Below, in pieces: positions 63,012 through 64,000 of a stretch of 64,000 nucleotides of DNA. Under the pieces are notes generated by a model. It saw only the letters and a list, made by a program, of their open reading frames with translations, did no database searches and was not told the origin of the DNA. The number at the start of each line of letters is the position of its first letter. The stretch's first letter is position 1. This DNA comes from Alphaproteobacteria bacterium UBA998 (lineage in GTDB: Bacteria; Pseudomonadota; Alphaproteobacteria; Rickettsiales; UBA998): assembly GCA_002291925.1 (NCBI GenBank), contig DBAY01000065.1:6646-70645 (forward strand), written 5' to 3'. Both the position numbers and the translations under genes were made by a program.

Positions 63012-64000
63012 GGTTGCCCCCCTGACGCCGCTGGCACGGATGAAGAAACTGGCCCCGCTGGTCAGCCTGCTGCTGGTGCTGGCCGCCGGATTCATCATCC
63101 ATCATGAACTGCGCGCCTATCACTGGCACGACATCCAGCACGCACTGGCGGACCTCTCGCCGCGCACGCTGGCGCTGATGTTGGCCGCTACCGCCGCCGG
63201 CTATGCGGTGCTCACCTTCTATGACTGGCTGGGGCTGGAATACGGGGGCGCGAAACTGCCCTATCCGCGCGTCGCGCTGGTGTCGTTCCTCAGCTACGCG
63301 CTCAGCAACACCATCGGCTATGCGCCTGTCTCCGGCGGCTCCATGCGGCTGCGTATGTACACGGCCTGGGGCGTCTCCGCGCCTGCCGTGGGCAAGGTGA
63401 TCCTGTTCTGCGCCTTCACCTATTTCATCGGGGCGTTGCTGCTGCTGCTCGCGGGCTATGGGCTTTCGCTCAAGGTGGCGGGGTTTGCGCTGCCCCTGCC
63501 GGATAGGGTGCTGCCGCTCGTGGTGGCCGTGGCTGTGCTGGCGCTGCTCGGCTGGGCGGCGCTGGTGTGCTTCGTGCGTGGCGAGGTGACGCTGCGCGGC
63601 GTGCCGTTCGCCCTGCCGCGCCCGTGGCTGGCGCTGCGGCAGGCGCTGGCCGCCGTGGCGGACCTGCTGCTTGCCTCGCTGGTGCTTTATCTGCCGCTCA
63701 TGGAGGCCACCGGGATGTCGTACCCGGCCTTTCTGCTGCTCTACATCGCCGCGCAGATGGTGGGGCTGTTCAGCCAAGTGCCGGGTGGCATGGGGGTGTT
63801 CGAGGGAAGCTTCCTGTTCCTCACCGCCGGGCAGTATCCCGCCACGCAGATTCTGGCGGCGCTAATTGCCTACCGCATTCTCTATTATTTCGTGCCGCTC
63901 GTGCTGGCTGGCCTGCTGCTGGTGGCTTACGAGTTGCGCGCCATGCTGCGCACCGTGCCCGCCCATGCGCTCAGCCTGCTGCGTGTAATGGAGCCTGCCG
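63004..64000 (+). CDS. mprF: MprF-type lysylphosphatidylglycerol flippase/synthetase, N-terminal part (truncated by window end)
   Basis: Hand translation: Y.VLTFYD, SGGSMRLRMYTAWG, SQVPGGMGVFE, AYRILYYFVPL. Confidence 0.85.
   Translation, partial: MSEVAPLTPLARMKKLAPLVSLLLVLAAGFIIHHELRAYHWHDIQHALADLSPRTLALMLAATAAGYAVLTFYDWLGLEYGGAKLPYPRVALVSFLSYALSNTIGYAPVSGGSMRLRMYTAWGVSAPAVGKVILFCAFTYFIGALLLLLAGYGLSLKVAGFALPLPDRVLPLVVAVAVLALLGWAALVCFVRGEVTLRGVPFALPRPWLALRQALAAVADLLLASLVLYLPLMEATGMSYPAFLLLYIAAQMVGLFSQVPGGMGVFEGSFLFLTAGQYPATQILAALIAYRILYYFVPLVLAGLLLVAYELRAMLRTVPAHALSLLRVMEPA

Overview
GC-rich alphaproteobacterial chromosome segment (DivL-type kinase, CtrA-like boxes, F0 ATP synthase cluster with b and b', dapF-mtaB-ftsY, mutS/maeB). 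The lineage cannot be fixed from sequence alone; an uncultured, possibly Rickettsiales-related organism is only a guess. Housekeeping genes (xseB, ispA, tlyA, uvrA, ssb, ftsY, mtaB, dapF, ahcY, divL, purU, lemA, htpX, mutS, maeB, dsbA-like, atp, rpmJ) alternate with about a dozen orphan ORFs. The right third holds a cluster of small general-stress and lipoprotein genes, a ResB/CcsA/TlpA cytochrome c maturation set, cheR-cheD-cheB, a YfdX-like gene with a two-component system, and the start of mprF. Four observations stand out. (1) An ~11 kb alpha-glucan island sits where dxs normally lies (between ispA and tlyA); it encodes a divergent OtsA-like protein and a 1170-aa glycogen synthase / GH13 (GlgE-like) fusion, both ending in RQVA. 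(2) An 18-bp Pho-box-like direct repeat recurs upstream of six orphans, in two cases exactly 10 bp before TATAAT/TATACA. (3) Many orphans have basic, low-complexity C-termini reminiscent of secreted effectors. (4) Palindromic elements of three families are inserted in-frame in mtaB, mutS and ccsA (twice). No rRNA, tRNA, CRISPR array or transposase was recognised.
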